A stretch of 64,000 nucleotides of DNA from contig JAUCBJ010006054.1 of the NCBI GenBank assembly GCA_032718475.1, positions 11,789-75,788 on the forward strand, in the 5' to 3' direction. Position 1 is the stretch's first letter. Each line of letters begins with the position of its first letter. Of the stretch, positions 58,803 to 64,000 are shown piece after piece. This stretch comes from Nemertoderma westbladi (Eukaryota; Animalia; Xenacoelomorpha). Position numbers and translations under genes: made by a program. The notes below the pieces were generated by a model, which worked only from the letters and a program-made list of their open reading frames with translations, was not told the origin of the DNA and made no database searches.

Positions 58803-61800
58803 ATAAACACGTACCATCAGCTCCAAATAACAATGTACTAATAAACACGTACCATCAGCTCCAAATATCAATGTATTAATAAACATGTACCATCAGCTCC
58901 AAATATCAATGTATTAATAAACACGTACCATCAGCTCTAAATATCATGTATTAATAAACACGTACCATCAGCTCCAAATATCATGTATTAATAAACACGT
59001 ACCATCAGCTCCAAATATCATGTATTAATAAACACGCACCATCAGCTCCAAATATCATGTATTAATAAACACGTACCATCAGCTCCAAATATCATGTATT
59101 AATAAACACGTACCATCAGCTCCAAATATCATGTATTAATAAACACGTACCATCAGCTCCAAATATCATGTATTAATAAACACGTACCATCAGCTCCAAA
59201 TATCATGTATTAATAAACACGTACCATCAGCTCCAAATATCATGTATTAATAAACACGTACCATCAGCTCTAAATATCATGTATTAATAAACACGTACCA
59301 TCAGCTCCAAATATCATGTATTAATAAACACGTACCATCAGCTCCAAATATCATGTATTAATAAACACGTACCATCAGCTCCAAATATCATGTATTAATA
59401 AACACGTACCATCAGCTCCAAATATCATGTATTAATAAACACGTACCATCAGCTCCAAATATCATGTATTAATAAACACGCACCATCAGCTCCAAATATC
59501 ATGTATTAATAAACACGTACCATCAGCTCCAAATATCATGTATTAATAAACACGTACCATCAGCTCCAAATATCATGTATTAATAAATACGTACCATCAG
59601 CTCCAAATATCATGTATTAATAAACACGCACCATCAGCTCCAAATATCATGTATTAATAAACACGTACCATCAGCTCCAAATATCATGTATTAATAAACA
59701 CGTACCATCAGCTCTAAATATCATGTATTAATAAACACGTACCATCAGCTCCAAATATCATGTATTAATAAACACGTACCATCAGCTCCAAATATCATGT
59801 ATTAATAAACACGTACCATCAGCTCTAAATATCATGTATTAATAAACACGTACCATCAGCTCCAAATATCATGTATTAATAAACACGTACCATCAGCTCC
59901 AAATATCATGTATTAATAAACACGTACCATCAGCTCCAAATATCATGTATTAATAAACACGTACCATCAGCTCCAAATATAATGTATTAATAAACACGTA
60001 CCATCAGCTCCAAATATCATGTATTAATAAACACGTACCATCAGCTCCAAATATCATGTATTAATAAACACGTACCATCAGCTCTAAATATCATGCATTA
60101 ATAAACACGTACCATCAGCTCCAAATATCATGTATTAATAAACACGTACCATCAGCTCCAAATATCATGTATTAATAAACACGTACCATCAGCTCCAAAT
60201 ATCATGTATTAATAAACACGTACCATCAGCTCCAAATATCATGTATTAATAAACACGTACCATCAGCTCCAAATATCATGTATTAATAAACACGCACCAT
60301 CAGCTCCAAATATCATGTATTAATAAACACGTACCATCTGCTCCAAATATCATGTATTAATAAACACGTACCATCAGCTCCAAATATCATGTATTAATAA
60401 ACACGTACCATCAGCTCCAAATATCATGTATTAATAAACACGTACCATCAGCTCCAAATATCATGTATTAATAAACACGTACCATCAGCTCTAAATATCA
60501 TGTATTAATAAACACGTACCATCAGCTCCAAATATCATGTATTAATAAACACGTACCATCAGCTCCAAATATCATGTATTAATAAACACGTACCATCAGC
60601 TCCAAATATCATGTATTAATAAACACGTACCATCAGCTCCAAATATCATGTATTAATAAACACGTACCATCAGCTCCAAATATCATGTATTAATAAACAC
60701 GTACCATCAGCTCCAAATATCATGTATTAATAAACACGTACCATCAGCTCCAAATAACAATGTACTAATAAACACGTACCATCAGCTCCAAATATCAATG
60801 TACTAATAAACGTACCATCAGCTCGAAATAACAATGTACTAATAAACACGTACCATCAGGTCCAAATAACAATGTACTAATAAACACGTACCATCAGCTC
60901 CAAATAACAATGTACTAATAAACACGTACCATCAGCTCCAAATAACAATGTACTAATAAACACGTACCATCAGCTCCAAATAACAATGTACTAATAAACA
61001 CGTACCATCAGATCAAAATATCAATGTACTAATAAACGTACCATCAGCTCCAAATAACAATGTACTAATAAACACGTACCATCAGCTCCAAATAACAATG
61101 TACTAATAAACGTACCATCAGCTCCAAATAACAATGTACTAATAAACACGTACCATGAGCTCCAAATATCAATGTATTAATAAACATGTACCATCAGCTC
61201 CAAATATCAATGTATTAATAAACACGTACCATCAGCTCTAAATATCATGTATTAATAAACACGTACCATCAGCTCCAAATATCATGTATTAATAAAGACG
61301 TACCATCAGCTCCAAATATCATGTATTAATAAACACGCACCATCAGCTCCAAATATCATGTATTAATAAACACGTACCATCAGCTCCAAATATCATGTAT
61401 TAATAAACACGTACCATCAGCTCCAAATATCATGTATTAATAAACACGTACCATCAGCTCCAAATATCATGTATTAATAAACACGTACCATCAGCTCCAA
61501 ATATCATGTATTAATAAACACGTACCATCAGCTCTAAATATCATGTATTAATAAACACGTACCATCAGCTCCAAATATCATGTATTAATAAACACGTACC
61601 ATCAGCTCCAAATATCATGTATTAATAAACACGTACCATCAGCTCCAAATATCATGTATTAATAAATACGTACCATCAGCTCCAAATATCATGTATTAAT
61701 AAACACGCACCATCAGCTCCAAATATCATGTATTAATAAACACGTACCATCAGCTCCAAAATCATGTATTAATAAACACGTACCATCAGCTCTAAATATC

Positions 61801-64000
61801 ATGTATTAATAAACACGTACCATCAGCTCCAAATATCATGTATTAATAAACACGTACCATCAGCTCCAAATATCATGTATTAATAAACACGTACCATCAG
61901 CTCTAAATATCATGTATTAATAAACACGTACCATCAGCTCCAAATATCATGTATTAATAAACACGTACCATCAGCTCCAAATATCATGTATTAATAAACA
62001 CGTACCATCAGCTCCAAATATCATGTATTAATAAACACGTACCATCAGCTCCAAATATCATGTATTAATAAACACGTACCATCAGCTCTAAATATCATGT
62101 ATTAATAAACACGTACCATCAGCTCCAAATATCATGTATTAATAAACACGTACCATCAGCTCCAAATATCATGTATTAATAAACACGTACCATCAGCTCC
62201 AAATATCATGTATTAATAAACACGTACCATCAGCTCCAAATATCATGTATTAATAAACACGTACCATCAGCTCCAAATATCATGTATTAATAAACACGTA
62301 CCATCAGCTCTAAATATCATGTATTAATAAACACGTACCATCAGCTCCAAATATCATGTATTAATAAACACGTACCATCAGCTCCAAATATCATGTATTA
62401 ATAAACACGTACCATCAGCTCCAAATATCATGTATTAATAAACACGTACCATCAGCTCCAAATATCATGTATTAATAAACACGTACCATCAGCTCCAAAT
62501 ATCATGTATTAATAAACACGTACCATCAGCTCTAAATATCATGTATTAATAAACACGTACCATCAGCTCCAAATATCATGTATTAATAAACACGTACCAT
62601 CAGCTCCAAATATCATGTATTAATAAACACGTACCATCAGCTCCAAATATCATGTATTAATAAACACGTACCATCAGCTCCAAATATCATGTATTAATAA
62701 ACACGTACCATCAGCTCTAAATATCATGTATTAATAAACACGTACCATCAGCTCCAAATATCATGTATTAATAAACACGTACCATCAGCTCCAAATATCA
62801 TGTATTAATAAACACGTACCATCAGCTCCAAATATCATGTATTAATAAACACGTACCATCAGCTCCAAATATCATGTATTAATAAACACGTACCATCAGC
62901 TCCAAATATCATGTATTAATAAACACGTACCATCAGCTCCAAATATCATGTATTAATAAACACGTACCATCAGCTCCAAATATCATGTATTAATAAACAC
63001 GTACCATCAGCTCCAAATATCATGTATTAATAAACACGTACCATCAGCTCCAAATATCATGTATTAATAAACACGTACCATCAGCTCCAAATATCATGTA
63101 TTAATAAACACGTACCATCAGCTCCAAATATCATGTATTAATAAACACGTACCATCAGCTCCAAATATCATGTATTAATAAACACGTACCATCAGCTCCA
63201 AATATCATGTATTAATAAACACGTACCATCAGCTCCAAATATCATGTATTAATAAACACGTACCATCAGCTCCAAATATCATGTATTAATAAACACGTAC
63301 CATCAGCTCCAAATATCATGTATTAATAAACACGTACCATCAGCTCCAAATATCATGTATTAATAAACACGTACCATCAGCTCCAAATATCATGTATTAA
63401 TAAACACGTACCATCAGCTCCAAATATCATGTATTAATAAACACGTACCATCAGCTCCAAATATCATGTATTAATAAACACGTACCATCAGCTCCAAATA
63501 TCATGTATTAATAAACACGTACCATCAGCTCCAAATATCATGTATTAATAAACACGTACCATCAGCTCCAAATATCATGTATTAATAAACACGTACCATC
63601 AGCTCCAAATATCATGTATTAATAAACACGTACCATCAGCTCCAAATATCATGTATTAATAAACACGTACCATCAGCTCCAAATATCATGTATTAATAAA
63701 CACGTACCATCAGCTCCAAATATCATGTATTAATAAACACGTACCATCAGCTCCAAATATCATGTATTAATAAACACGTACCATCAGCTCCAAATATCAT
63801 GTATTAATAAACACGTACCATCAGCTCCAAATATCATGTATTAATAAACACGTACCATCAGCTCCAAATATCATGTATTAATAAACACGTACCATCAGCT
63901 CCAAATATCATGTATTAATAAACACGTACCATCAGCTCCAAATATCATGTATTAATAAACACGTACCATCAGCTCCAAATATCATGTATTAATAAACACG
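58792..64000 (+). repeat. Same satellite, right arm; dominated by the 37-bp B monomer; runs to the window end
   Basis: Resumes in register at ACAATGTACTAATAAACAC (58792). From ~58.93 kb it is almost entirely B37, except for an A-type patch at ~60750-61160. Confidence 0.99.

Noticed and set aside
56378-58841. Short ORFs overlapping the RT gene on either strand or crossing its junctions
   Set aside because: They are alternative-frame or antisense shadows of the RT ORF and junction read-through into satellite, with no recognisable motifs.
58861-61162. The ~2301-bp offset between the two B-block copies is close to the LINE length (~2299 bp)
   Set aside because: There is no mechanism or sequence link, and offsets of 1.3-3.2 kb are common in this array, so it is treated as coincidence.
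1-64000. AATAAA in nearly every monomer as polyadenylation signals
   Set aside because: It is expected in an A-rich repeat, there is no associated plus-strand gene, and it is on the opposite strand to the LINE.

Overview
The window is about 96% one tandem satellite made of 35-38 bp monomers, all in the same orientation with no spacers (roughly 1,500 copies left of the insertion and roughly 140 right of it, estimated from length). The main monomers are A38 GTACCATCAGCTCCAAATAACAATGTACTAATAAACAC and B37 GTACCATCAGCTCCAAATATCATGTATTAATAAACAC, each also found in a form lacking one AC. The only non-satellite DNA is a single 5'-truncated non-LTR retrotransposon (LINE, RTE-like) on the minus strand at 56493-58791. 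It has an uninterrupted reverse transcriptase frame, the last ~20 codons of an APE endonuclease (SDH motif), a very short and probably structured 3' end with a (TAG)n tail, and an 11-bp target-site duplication made of satellite sequence. The tail shares 5 nt with the satellite target site. The array is organised into variant domains and kb-scale internal duplications, and the LINE sits almost exactly where nearly pure A38 switches to nearly pure B37. The DNA is most likely eukaryotic, possibly heterochromatic (inference). There are no host genes and no CRISPR array. I cannot assign species or satellite family without a search, and duplication boundaries were read by eye and are approximate.
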